Shown here one piece after another: positions 1 through 11,228 of a stretch of 64,000 nt of DNA (position 1 is its first letter; every line of letters begins with the position of its first letter). The position numbers and the translations under genes are program-made. The notes beneath the pieces were generated by a model, which worked only from the letters and a program-made list of their open reading frames with translations, was not told where the DNA came from and did no database searches. The stretch is from positions 38,812,001-38,876,000 of the forward strand of contig OX597824.1 of NCBI GenBank assembly GCA_951406725.2. The letters run 5' to 3'. This DNA comes from Octopus vulgaris. Taxonomy: Eukaryota.

Positions 1-279
1 ACAATAATAATAAATAAATACAAAAAAATCCAATATTAAGCATATGTAATAAAAGATATCTGACAATGGAAATTAGTAGAAATAAACTCCAAACACTTAT
101 TTCAGGCATTGGACTACGGCCATGTTGGAGCACAGCCCTGAAAGACTCAGTGGCAAAAATTTGATTCCAGAACTTATATTTTAGACCTGTAACTTACACT
201 ATCGGTCTGTTTTACCGAAATGATATGTTACGGGGATGTAAGCAAGCTAACACAGGTTGTCAAGTAGAGTTATAATTAA

Positions 280-625
280 TATTATTACAAGGTGTTAACT
301 TAACTGTATAATCAGTCAGAATTACTTTTACTTAGGGTATCAAAATCTAGTTCAGAAAATCTAGATTTCATAATCACTCTCATTCATTTAAGTACAGAAA
401 TGTAATTCTACGAATCTTAGCAAATACATTTGGGATTTAAAAGATAGGAACATTAACGTTTGATTTAAAGTGGTTCATTATTAGACACGCACCATCGTAC
501 AATACTGGTAACTTTAAATGTGATCTTTGCTCTGATAAAATGTATTATATAATTATTTCTAAATTAATATAATTGAATTATACTGGTAATTTTTCATTGA
601 AATGTTCTCACAAATATAGAAAAGC
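280..625 (+). mobile_element. Decayed Penelope-like element C-terminal GIY-YIG endonuclease remnant
   Basis: Manual translation across frameshifts gives YYKVLT..FYLG..RFHNHSHSFK..STNLSKYIWDLKDRNIN..WFIIRHAPSYNTGNFKCDLC..KCSHKYR. This matches the PLE endonuclease pattern YIG..R..H..SF..LSKYIW.LK..W.I...A..Y....C.LC..C.H. Confidence 0.75.
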
Positions 626-1318
626 ATTTAATGGTTTCAATTCTGCATAACTCATTAATTATAACTGGTTTTTCATATAATATAATAGGTTTAATTTTTC
701 TAAAAATTGTTTAGTATATTTAGTAGATAGATAACTAGTTGCTGTGTTGTAGAATTCCAGCGTTTCTAACTGTAGTAATGTAGAATGCTTATGCTTAATT
801 TTTATTCTTTTGTGACGCCAAAAGAAGTTAAATACTAAACTGACTTTTATTAGGATGTTATATATCTTCTTCACGTTCTTTTTGTATGCGATCTTCTACT
901 TTTTCTTTTTTTTTCTTTTTGTATTCACTTTGAAGTTAACCAATTTTCGATTGCCTTGACAAGGTTGAGTTAATATATTTTCGAATATATTAGTTTCGCT
1001 AGTATTTTCTGTATCTAAATATGCTGACATAACAGAAACGATTGTTGGTATTGTATGGTATAACTACCAATTTAAGTTGTGATTTTCTCCATTCTTATTT
1101 TGTTGTCTTAAACTCCAAATTTCTAAATATTCATCAAAACAAAATTGGGGTTTACTTGCCATTCATGAGGAATTAACATGGATGTTTATTCTGCTTGCAT
1201 TTTTGCAATTGGTATCTAGTTCTCGGATATTCTTAAATAAATGCGTTTAACAGTGATGCTTTATACATAACTGCCTAGATTTTTAAAAGCCTTTTACTTT
1301 ATATATATATATACATAT

Positions 1319-1365
<47 letters not shown>

Positions 1366-1380
1366 CAAACGTACATACAT

Positions 1381-1442
<62 letters not shown>

Positions 1443-1635
1443 GAGGTGTGTTCTGTGTTAAGAACGTATAAGAGTACAAATAGAGCTCGTTCATCATTAG
1501 AATTCCTAAATAGCCGGTAGTATTCTTATGGTATGCTACCAATTCTAGTATAGGTATTCTTCGTGTATGAAAATAAAAAGTAAAAAGTAAAAGAGTCAAA
1601 AGGAAGCGTAAGTACGGTTAGACACCTTTTTAATC

Positions 1636-1757
1636 ATCGCTACAAATGCTTCGATACATGCAGATCCTCACATATACAGGATTTAAAGTTAAGTTTAAAT
1701 TAAGTTATGTCAAGATTTACCTGTACAAGAAGGTCTATGTGTATCTCTTCAGGCGAT
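1636..1757 (-). ncRNA. Type I hammerhead ribozyme motif with large stem II insertion (GAAA box reads GAAG in this copy)
   Basis: Minus strand: atcgc CTGAAGA gataca ...~80 nt... tgtatc GAAG catttg TA gcgat. Stems I and II pair. The inverted copy at ~2420-2440 keeps canonical gtatc GAAA catttg TA. Confidence 0.65.
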
Positions 1758-1859
1758 ACTCAGTTGCTGTCTCCGTAAGTAAATTTAGATTTCCAAGCTA
1801 CAACATCCATGGCGGGGAGATTCATATAGATCTTCTTGTATAGGTAAATCGTTACATAA

Positions 1860-2372
1860 TCTATATATATAAAACTGTAGTTGTGTGAGTGTCTGTCCCC
1901 TTCGATTTAGATTCCTAACTACTCCAACATTTTGCGGTGCAGTTTAACCAAATTCGGGTATCTTATAGTCGTGATTCATATCGAGCCCGTCTATGTATTA
2001 GCGCGCGTCTACGATGAGTCTACGATTTTAAAAATAATTTAACATCATTTTTTATTCCATTTTAATGCATAATTTTTCGTGTGTCGATGGCGGCGGAGTT
2101 GGCGTCCATGGTCACACCTGCACCTGTTTGCTTCTCCCCCTTCTTCCCTCCCTCGTGAAGCTGTGGGGAAGGGAGTTTAAGGAAATCAACGTCGTAAAGC
2201 GTTGTCAAGGAGACCAGCGTTCTTTTAGAACAACGACTTCATGGCTTGAAGACACCAAAACAGAAATGGCTAAGAAAGCCCGAATTGGCATCTATAAAGG
2301 AAGTAACTCTCTAAAAATGCTTATATAGTTATTTCCCTTACAAACCCGAGCAACGCCGGGCGATACTGCTAG
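1860..2372 (+). mobile_element. Non-autonomous Helitron
   Basis: Starts TCTATATATATAAAA and ends with hairpin cccg-agcaacgc-cggg then CTAG. Inserted between A and T with no TSD; removing it restores the flanking inverted repeat. Confidence 0.85.
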
Positions 2373-2625
2373 TTTAATATAAACTTAACTTTAAATCCTG
2401 TATATACGAGGACCTGTATGTATCGAAACATTTGTACCGACTAAAAAGCTGCCCAACCGTACATACTCTTCCTTTTGACTCTTTTACTTTTTACTTTATA
2501 TATATATGTTAAATCTCTGCACAACCGCATGGAGAGAATGCTAATGCTGGATGATGGTTAAGATCCAATCTCCCATCGAAATCTCATGAAGAGAACGTGC
2601 CGGAGTGCGTGCGTGCGTGTATGTA

Positions 2626-2670
<45 letters not shown>

Positions 2671-2789
2671 TTATGTATGCATGCAAATTCTTTATTCATC
2701 TATTTTTGTACCCTTCACTTTCTCTGTGCATACATACATGGGCACTTACATATATATATACGCATTATATATATGTGTATATGTGTTCG

Positions 2790-2832
<43 letters not shown>

Positions 2833-3435
2833 GCATAAAACGTTGCAAAATTCTTTCTTCACCATATGATTGATATACATTCAGACGCAGAACAAAAAGA
2901 ACGAAACAAAACAAACACGAAACAACACATTAAAAACAAAATCTGACATAGCAAAAAAGGAAGAAAAGAAATAAAATAATAATGATAATAAATAACAATA
3001 AAAAATAAAAAAATAAAATAAAGAAACAACATTGAACAACATAAAAAAATAAACACAAAACACTCATGTAAATCACACCAAAAAAAAAACTTACAAAATA
3101 ATAACAAACATCAATATATGTACAGCTGCAACTTCTTCCGTCTTTTACAAAATACTGAAATATTTCAAAGAAATTTCCGTAAGAAAATATCCTCACAGTG
3201 TTAACATCTGTTTGTAAATGAAATTTAACGAACGATACGGTCGTGTTGTTGATGATGGTGATGCTGGTGCTGCTGCTTTTTAACCCCAGATTTGCTCCCA
3301 TTGAGTTGGTTTATCATCAAAGGCATTCTTAGCAATGACTATTCCGACATTTCTTTTTTTTTGTTGGGGAGGGGGTGTATTTTGGGTGGGTCATTATATC
3401 AATAATAAGCACACACTGGTTCTATTTCACATCCC

Positions 3436-3497
<62 letters not shown>

Positions 3498-3504
3498 GTT
3501 GTTG

Positions 3505-3551
<47 letters not shown>

Positions 3552-3597
3552 GTTTTTATTATAATAATAATAATAATTATTATTATTATTATTATTA

Positions 3598-3630
<33 letters not shown>
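3436..3630. repeat. (TTA)n microsatellite
   Basis: Direct inspection; it accounts for the poly-Y/I/N ORFs. Confidence 0.95.
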
Positions 3631-3634
<4 letters not shown>

Positions 3635-4269
3635 ACTAGTCGACCATTTAACCAAATTAGTTAATCGATTGTTTGATAAACCGTTTAGTCATTCAAACAA
3701 TCAGCTGTCTGGAAACAGAACTGGAACATTCTTGGAGTAGAGATATTATGTTAATGATGAAGACCAAATGATGTTGAAAGGACTCTAACGCACATAATTG
3801 ATTAACTGATCGTACTATTAATCAAACAGTCGAGTTGTTAATTGGTTAAAATCATTAACTAGATGATTAATAATTGACTCAAATTTTGGCTCAAGGCCAG
3901 TTATTTTAGGGAAGCCGGACAGTCGATTGCATCTACTCCTGTTCTCCTCTGGTAATTATTTTATCGACCCCGAAAGGAATGAAAACTAAGGTCGACCTCA
4001 ACAGAATTTGAACTCTTCTTTCTTTTTAATCTACGCCATATAACTTATGGTCGTCGACTCCAATGCCAGAGCAAATTTTCCACGAAGCTGTGTGAAATGA
4101 GTTTGTGCGTGCTAACTTTGAGACAGTGTGAAGTCCTTTGTCTCATGTAAGTTCATACGCATATGTCATGCGAGCCTAACCATCAGGCTTGAACGTCCAC
4201 GAATTCTTCTGTGATACTTTTTTCTGAGTTGAATTGTAGATGCTTTCGTTGTAACCAAACGCAGGCAAG

Positions 4270-4306
<37 letters not shown>

Positions 4307-4675
4307 ATGCGATGGGTTTCTACGCAATTACAGTCCAATAAATTTCACTCAAAAGTTATTAACTAGCACTAAATTTTGGTAGAAGGTAGCTGTACAAAGT
4401 ACTTTGCAGTAGAACTGAACTCGAGACTGCATGCTTGCGAAGCGGATGCTTTAATCGCTTTGTAATTAGATCCATTTTTACAGTGTTCGCAAAACTGAAA
4501 TCGTCCAAATGTGTTAACTCGGAATAATGGAAGCTTGTCAGCATCCAATACTGTTTTGAAATATTCCTTTACAAAATGGCGGTTTACGTATTTCATACAT
4601 TTTTCAGGTTTCCATAATACTAGGAATATAGAAATATTAATCTCAGAGAGATATAAGCAGCGATGGAACGATTGA

Positions 4676-5035
4676 GCAGTTGTATACTGTCCACTTAACG
4701 CGACAGTTCCATAAAGGGAATCACACGGCTATTTAGCCCTAGGAAGCATCGACGCTTCCTGTCGGCCTTCACTGAAATTATATATGTTTGCAAGGTCTAG
4801 ACAAGCATCTGCAGCTAGCAAGCCATGCTACTCCAGACTGATGACGAACAAGACTCAGAAACATGTCTCTGGATGCAGGCTTAGCTGGATGGGGTGCTTG
4901 TTTCCCCCTTGTAAACATAAGAAGACAGGAAATGTGTCAAGGCCGACAGGAAGCGTCGATGCCTCCTAGGGCTAAATAGCGGTGGGTTGATTCCCTTTAT
5001 AGGACTGTCACGTTAAGTTGACAGTATACAACTGC
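4676..5035. mobile_element. Fold-back element (~95-bp outer inverted arms) with central hammerhead
   Basis: 4676-4769 is reverse-complementary to 4939-5035. Inner pairings are 4784-4795/4907-4918 and 4801-4809/4893-4901. Confidence 0.8.
4832..4873 (+). ncRNA. Minimal type I hammerhead ribozyme motif
   Basis: tccaga CTGATGA cgaacaagactca GAAA catg TC tctgga: 6-bp stem I, both core boxes intact, palindromic ACATGT stem III, GUC cleavage triplet. Stem II is weak. Confidence 0.75.
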
Positions 5036-5069
5036 ACTATGAATATAATGTTTCACTTTATAGTACGGA

Positions 5070-6337
5070 AATAGAAATTCATCCTTTCAGGATCGATAAA
5101 ATGAGTACCAGCTGAGTACTGGAATTGACGTATCCCGAAATTGCTGGCCTTGAGCTAAAATTTGAAACCAGTGATACGGAAGTAGAATAACATCTTTGTT
5201 TCCTTTTCTTCCTGTTCCGTTTACTCCAAGGAGCAGAAAAATTTAATTAACGTGCAATATAAAGCATAGGACGAAAACATATTAAATTAAAATTCTCAGA
5301 ATTAAGTAATCGATATTTTATGTACGTCGAGGTCAACTTTGAGTTTCATCCTTCTGGGGCTCGATAAATTAGGGTACGCTCGATAAATTAGGGTACCAGT
5401 GAAGAAGAGTTGACGATGGAATCGACTAAAACCCATCCGCTCAAAATTTAAAGCATCGGACAATATGCTTAGCAGCATTTCTTCCGCCAGGTTACGTGCT
5501 GCGGCCGACTTTACTTTTCATTTTTTCGGTGTCGATAAAATAAGTACAAGTCAAGCAAGAATGATATTATTGTTTTGAAGGCAACGAACTAGGAAAATAA
5601 TTAGCAAGTCAGAACTAATGCTTTGCGGTATTGTTCCAGTACCTTAAGTGCTGAGTTTAAATCCTGCTAAAATCACCTTTATCTTTTAACCTTTCGGAGT
5701 TGATAAAATTAAGTAGCAGTTAGGTATTGAGGTCGATGTGATCCACTTTCTTCCTCCTTCAAAAATTGCCAGCCTTGTGATTATAGTAGAAACAATAATT
5801 AAGGTGGTGAGTTGACAGAATCGTTAGCACCTCGGACAAAATGCTTAGCGGCATTACTTCAGGCTCATTATGTTCTAAGTGCAAATTCCACCGACGTCGA
5901 TTTTGCCTCTCCTTCCCTTTAGGTTGATTTGAAAAAAATGATCAGTTGGGCACTGGGGTCGATGTAATCGATAACTCCACTCCTCCAAAATTTCAGGATA
6001 TGTGTCTATAGCAGAAAAGATTATTGTTATTAATAATATTATTAACAATAATATTTTCATTATTAAGGCGGCGAGCTGGTAGATTCGTTATCACGCCGGG
6101 CAAGATGCTAAGCCGTATTTCGCCTGTCGCTATGTTCTGAGTTCAAATTACGCCGAGGTCGACTTTCCCTTTCATCGTTTCGGGGTCAATAAAATAAGTT
6201 CTAGTTGAACACTGGGGTCGATGTCATCGACTCATCCCCCTACCCCAAAATTGCTGCCTTTGTGGAATTTTGAAACCATTATCATTGTTATTATAATAGT
6301 AATAATAATAATAATAATAATAAGGTTGTTGTTGTTG

Positions 6338-6380
<43 letters not shown>

Positions 6381-6381
6381 C

Positions 6382-6443
<62 letters not shown>

Positions 6444-6655
6444 GGCAGTGAGCTGTCAGAATCCTTTGTGTGCTGGACGAAATACCTAGGGGTATTTAGC
6501 TCGTCATTACATTCTGAGTTCAAATTGTGACGAGGTTGACTTTGTCTTTCATCCTTTTGACGTCGATAAACTAAGTGCCAGTGAAACACTGGGTTGATGT
6601 AATCTACTCATCTCTTCTCCACAAATGGCTGCTCTTGTGCCAAAATTTGAAACCA

Positions 6656-6660
<5 letters not shown>
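5070..6660 (+). mobile_element. Head-to-tail cluster of tRNA-derived SINE family B copies
   Basis: Repeated ggcggcgagctgg..cgttagcac..ctgagttcaaattc..gaggtcgactttgcctttcatcctttcggggtcgataaa..agtaccag. The best copy is 6067-6278, with A/B-box-like head. Confidence 0.85.
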
Positions 6661-6742
<82 letters not shown>

Positions 6743-6749
6743 CATTATT

Positions 6750-6902
6750 CAGTAGTTTTATTTTTTATAGCGTGCTTTCACTTCACTACCGAGCGCAGCT
6801 CTGTGTGCCTTGGGTATGTGCTGTGATTTGTTGTGATGCTCTGATGGTTATTGTATGGAAAGTGTTTTGCGTAGGATGTGTGCAGTGCCTAGTAGTGCAA
6901 TT
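6750..6902 (-). mobile_element. 5'-truncated R4/Dong-type non-LTR retrotransposon 3' end
   Basis: Near-identical reverse complement of ~52805-52962 (IALLGTAHILRKTLSIQ* plus 3' UTR), flanked on both sides by (TTA)n. Confidence 0.85.
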
Positions 6903-6913
6903 ATTATTATTAT

Positions 6914-7370
6914 TGAGTGAGAGAGCAGTTCATGCCATCAAAGTGACACTGGGGTAAAATATACGAAGCCCAATATACCCATCATGACTACCCGTCTGAT
7001 AAAGGTACACCAGGCACATGCATCACAACCATATGTGCGCGACATGGTGATCTCATATCAAGATAAACAGCACATGACCTTGCAGGTGGGGCCCAGTTAG
7101 AATTTTCTTCAGGTTGAGTAGCCCATCCCGCTCAAACGGTCCCTGAATAAGGGTTGCTTAAGGATGTTGAAAGAACCACCCACGTTTCCAGAGGTGAACT
7201 ATTCAAACCCCAAAGAATTCCTCTCAACACATGGCTATGATGCTCCCCCACTACTTCTGCTCGTGATCAGAGATGCACATATCATCAGCCACTAAGGGAC
7301 ATGCTCAACTGGTTAAGGTCAAACAACTGACAACCAAATCTGTGGTATTGAGCAGAATATTTGCTGTAGC
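6914..7370 (-). mobile_element. Interspersed repeat abutting a (TAA)n run, probable non-LTR 3' region
   Basis: Complex non-coding block whose minus-strand end runs into aataataat. The family cannot be assigned from the sequence alone. Confidence 0.45.
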
Positions 7371-7529
7371 CTTGAAAAAAAGTATATGTTGGACCCTGGG
7401 ACCGATGTAATCGACAACTCCACTCCTCCAAAATTTCATACTATGTGTCTATAGCAGAAAAGATTATTGTTATTAATAATATTATTAACAATAATATTTT
7501 CATTATTAAGGTGGCGAGCTGGTAGATTC

Positions 7530-7594
<65 letters not shown>

Positions 7595-7761
7595 GTTTGA
7601 CTTTTGCTTTACATTTGCACAAGCTGGCTCCAAGTCTCATCCACAGACCTCAAGAGACAACAAGTTGGAAGTTCATGTTGGTGTTATGCCTAGGGTGCCA
7701 TATATTTGGTTTTGTACTTAGTGTTGTACTAGTGAATGCCTAAAATACCATACGAAAATTG

Positions 7762-7817
<56 letters not shown>

Positions 7818-7883
7818 CATCATCATCATCATCATCATCATCACCATCATCATTATCATCATCATCATCATCATCATCATTGC

Positions 7884-7915
<32 letters not shown>

Positions 7916-8327
7916 GTGCCTTCGTTCTCTCTCACACAACGCTTAACGTTTGGTTGCTGTAGTTATCTTGATTGGTCACAGGACGTGTAAGAGTTAAGCT
8001 ATGTATTCCGTAAGGACTTTATATTCTTGTAAAATAGGATATCACATCTCTTGGCGCAATGTCTTCCAGATGTTAGACAAACATATATAAGTAAGGAAGA
8101 TCTTTTTGATGTGGGAGCTTTCGTTTTAATTTGAAGTGTCGGGTGGATATGGCTAGTTTAAATCTAGTTAAATAGCATGCATATGCAACGGGATCAAAGC
8201 TGGAACAGGTGATGAGTAATGGATAGCTCTGAAAAATAATTTCTGGCTGCTTGTAGGTTTCTCAGCCCTGAATTTCGCTGTTTGTTTATCTCTCCTTATA
8301 TATCTTTGTACACTTGCAGACATGCTT

Positions 8328-8328
8328 G

Positions 8329-8427
<99 letters not shown>

Positions 8428-8428
8428 C

Positions 8429-8475
<47 letters not shown>

Positions 8476-8670
8476 GTCTATCTGTCTGTCTGTCTATATG
8501 TCTGTCTATCTATCTATCTGTCTGTCTGTCTTTCTGTCTGTCTGCCTGTCTATTTGTTTATCTGTCTGTCTACCTACCTACCAGCCTCTCTGTCAATCTA
8601 TCTATCTATCTGTCTATCTATCTATATATCTATATTTAACTATCTGTCTGCCTGTCTATCTTTCTACCTA
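8328..8670. repeat. (TATC)n/(TGTC)n microsatellite
   Basis: Direct inspection. Confidence 0.95.
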
Positions 8671-8891
8671 TATACATACATATGCAGATATATGAATTTG
8701 TGCGTGTATGTTAAAACACAGCGTGTATATTAGTAAACTAATATAAATTTACTGGAGATACTATACAGTTTAGAAAGCATTCGCTGTGAAACTTTAAACA
8801 GACATGAGTACACATTATTTTCTTCTAATATATAGCACAACTTTCGTTTCGACCTCGGAACTACACTGCATCCATTCTAAGACTGACAATA

Positions 8892-8959
<68 letters not shown>

Positions 8960-8962
<3 letters not shown>

Positions 8963-9105
8963 CACGCTGAATCTCTATGAGAACTGCATTAAGAATACAC
9001 GTGTCTGTGGAGTGCTCAGTCACTTGCACGTTAATCTTACGAGCAAGCTGTTCCGTTGGTTGTATCAGCTGGGACCCTTGTCGTCGCAACCGACGGAATG
9101 CTCCT
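8960..9105 (+). mobile_element. 3' fragment of SINE family C
   Basis: Homologous to the reverse complement of 13890-14030 (gtcacgctga..cacgtgtctgtgga..cacgttaat..gagcaagctgttccgttg..tcagctgggaccct). Confidence 0.8.
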
Positions 9106-9107
9106 AC

Positions 9108-9204
<97 letters not shown>

Positions 9205-9318
9205 CTCTTGAATGAAACAGTACTAGTCCTGTAGAAGCTATATAATAAATTAATTTTACTCTGCTATGTATTGAGTACCTACTTACTGTGGTTAACCCCG
9301 AATCAACCCGGGACCTAC

Positions 9319-9385
<67 letters not shown>

Positions 9386-10630
9386 AGGTACTAAGGTCGA
9401 TTCGTTTGACTAAACTCCTTGAAGACGGTGCCCCAACATGGTCGCAGTGTAAAGGCTGAACATTAAAAAATAAACGATACACCCCACCCCATATATATAT
9501 ATTCATATATATTAGAGCATGTCCAGCTTATCCTTTAATGAATCATTTAGCAACACTGCTGATTATTTTAATAATGCATTAAAATACACTGCTATCAAAG
9601 ATTGAACACCACTAATACTAAACAAAATCTGCTCCATACTGTTTCAATGTTCGATCTTTATAAACGTTGTAAAGAAGCATTACGCCGTGTTATATATACA
9701 TAAAATATTAAACGAAAATAAATGTAAGTTGAGCTCCAAAGATGCGAAAAATCTACGTTTATTCAATAGCCAGTATAAACCGAAAACTACAAACCCGAAA
9801 AGCACTTTTCTCTGTGTAATTGTAATACTCTTAATATGCATCCTCTCAAACAGCATGCGTCTTTCTAAAACAATTTTTGTATCTAGCTAAGATCTCCCTG
9901 TTGCAAACAACAAATTTTTTAAAGGAACTATCCTCGTATGCATTCGAACACTAAATAAGTCTCAACAACTCGCTATCAAAATATATCTGGAATTTAAAGC
10001 ATAGTTATATTGATAACATGTCCCATCAAAATTTGGATAGTTTACGAATATTTTTTGCTTACTTAGATTGGCTATTTACGAATATATTTGCTTAATTACT
10101 AGGATTGTTTAAATAATAGGCAGCGTGATACGAGTAAAGATTTTAGAAGTTTCAGCTTCTACTAAAAAAATATACGAACTTCTATACAAGTAAAACTGTA
10201 TAAAATTGAAACTGCATTAAATCAAAATCGCCATCTGGGTATACGCACTGTTTGATGGTATAATGATGCGAAATTGACTGAGATAAAATTTCTTCCTTGA
10301 CTTCTTGTGTCAAAAACACAATATAACTCGGATCGAGACGAACATCGTCGCTGCAGTAACTCGTGAGAATAAATGACGCATTACTTACACGAAATTCATG
10401 CCTCTCTATATAGGAAACAAGGAATAAAACATTCACGGGTATTGGCGAAGCTTGCCGGAATGTAGAAAAATTCAGTGTATGCAAATGAAAGAGTATTAAA
10501 CTAAACTCAACATCTGTGTATCATACTAAAAATATATACATATACACCATTTGAAGTCATTGTGCAGTGGAGTTACCTGAAATTAAATCTTTTCAAAGAT
10601 TTGCCCTAAAAATGCGAAGCCAAACATTAT

Positions 10631-11065
10631 GTGTGCAAATGTATATGTGACATGACCAGCGTTCACGACTGGGATCGACCCAAAAAGCTGAGGCTTTACC
10701 ACCGCCAACGCCGTCATGAGCGCTATAACATCTATTTGGTGTGGAAAATATTCCTTCAAAATTGCCCAGATGATATAGGTAACATCTTTAAAATTCATCT
10801 GAGGCTTAACCCCCGTGCCATCCGTCCACTACAGAAAGCTTGTTTGTGTCAAAACACAACACCAAGACTGAACCAATTCACCTCACCTAGCCCTGCTCTC
10901 TTCAACATCGTGCCAGTCCAAATAAAGGAGGAAAGTTACTTCACGGCATTCAAACGGTCCCTAGATGATTACCTCCAACAAATATCAGACAAACCACTCA
11001 CACTCGGATATGTCTCTAAAAACAATAACTCCCTGCTCGAATGGGCTATGGTGCCGAAGTGCTGA
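10631..11065 (+). mobile_element. CR1/L2-group LINE ORF2 C-terminal remnant
   Basis: WDRPKKLRLYHRQRRHERYNIYLVWKI resembles the Y.ERL..L.L.SL.RRR.R motif, followed by LFN.VP..IK...FKRSLDDYL, typical of CR1-type ORF2 ends. Confidence 0.75.
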
Positions 11066-11172
11066 CCTGGGCCAACTTCGGCCGAATAAGTCCAGGTGTA
11101 GATTTCTTCAACTAAAAGGTACTCCAGCATGGCCACACTCAAATGATTGAAACAAGTAACAGAGTAAAATAG

Positions 11173-11228
<56 letters not shown>

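Larger units (their letters stand above)
1577..2497. repeat. Long imperfect inverted repeat (arms ~1577-1745 and 1821-1859 + 2373-2497) split by a Helitron
   Basis: aaaagtaaaagagtcaaaaggaag...caggatttaaagttaagttt...gatttacctgtacaagaag is reverse-complementary to cttcttgtataggtaaatc...aaacttaactttaaatcctg...cttccttttgactcttttactttt once 1860-2372 is removed. Confidence 0.85.

Noticed and set aside
659-1260. Minus-strand 71-aa ORF and upstream sequence, possibly a PLE N-terminal relic
   Set aside because: Too decayed to show a diagnostic motif.
2545-2590. ctggatgatgg...ccatcgaaa hammerhead-like string
   Set aside because: Non-canonical core and no stem I or III pairing.
5070-6660. Regularly recurring units resembling a CRISPR or satellite array
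   Set aside because: The units are divergent tRNA-headed SINE copies, with no identical repeats, unique spacers or cas genes, in a eukaryotic context.
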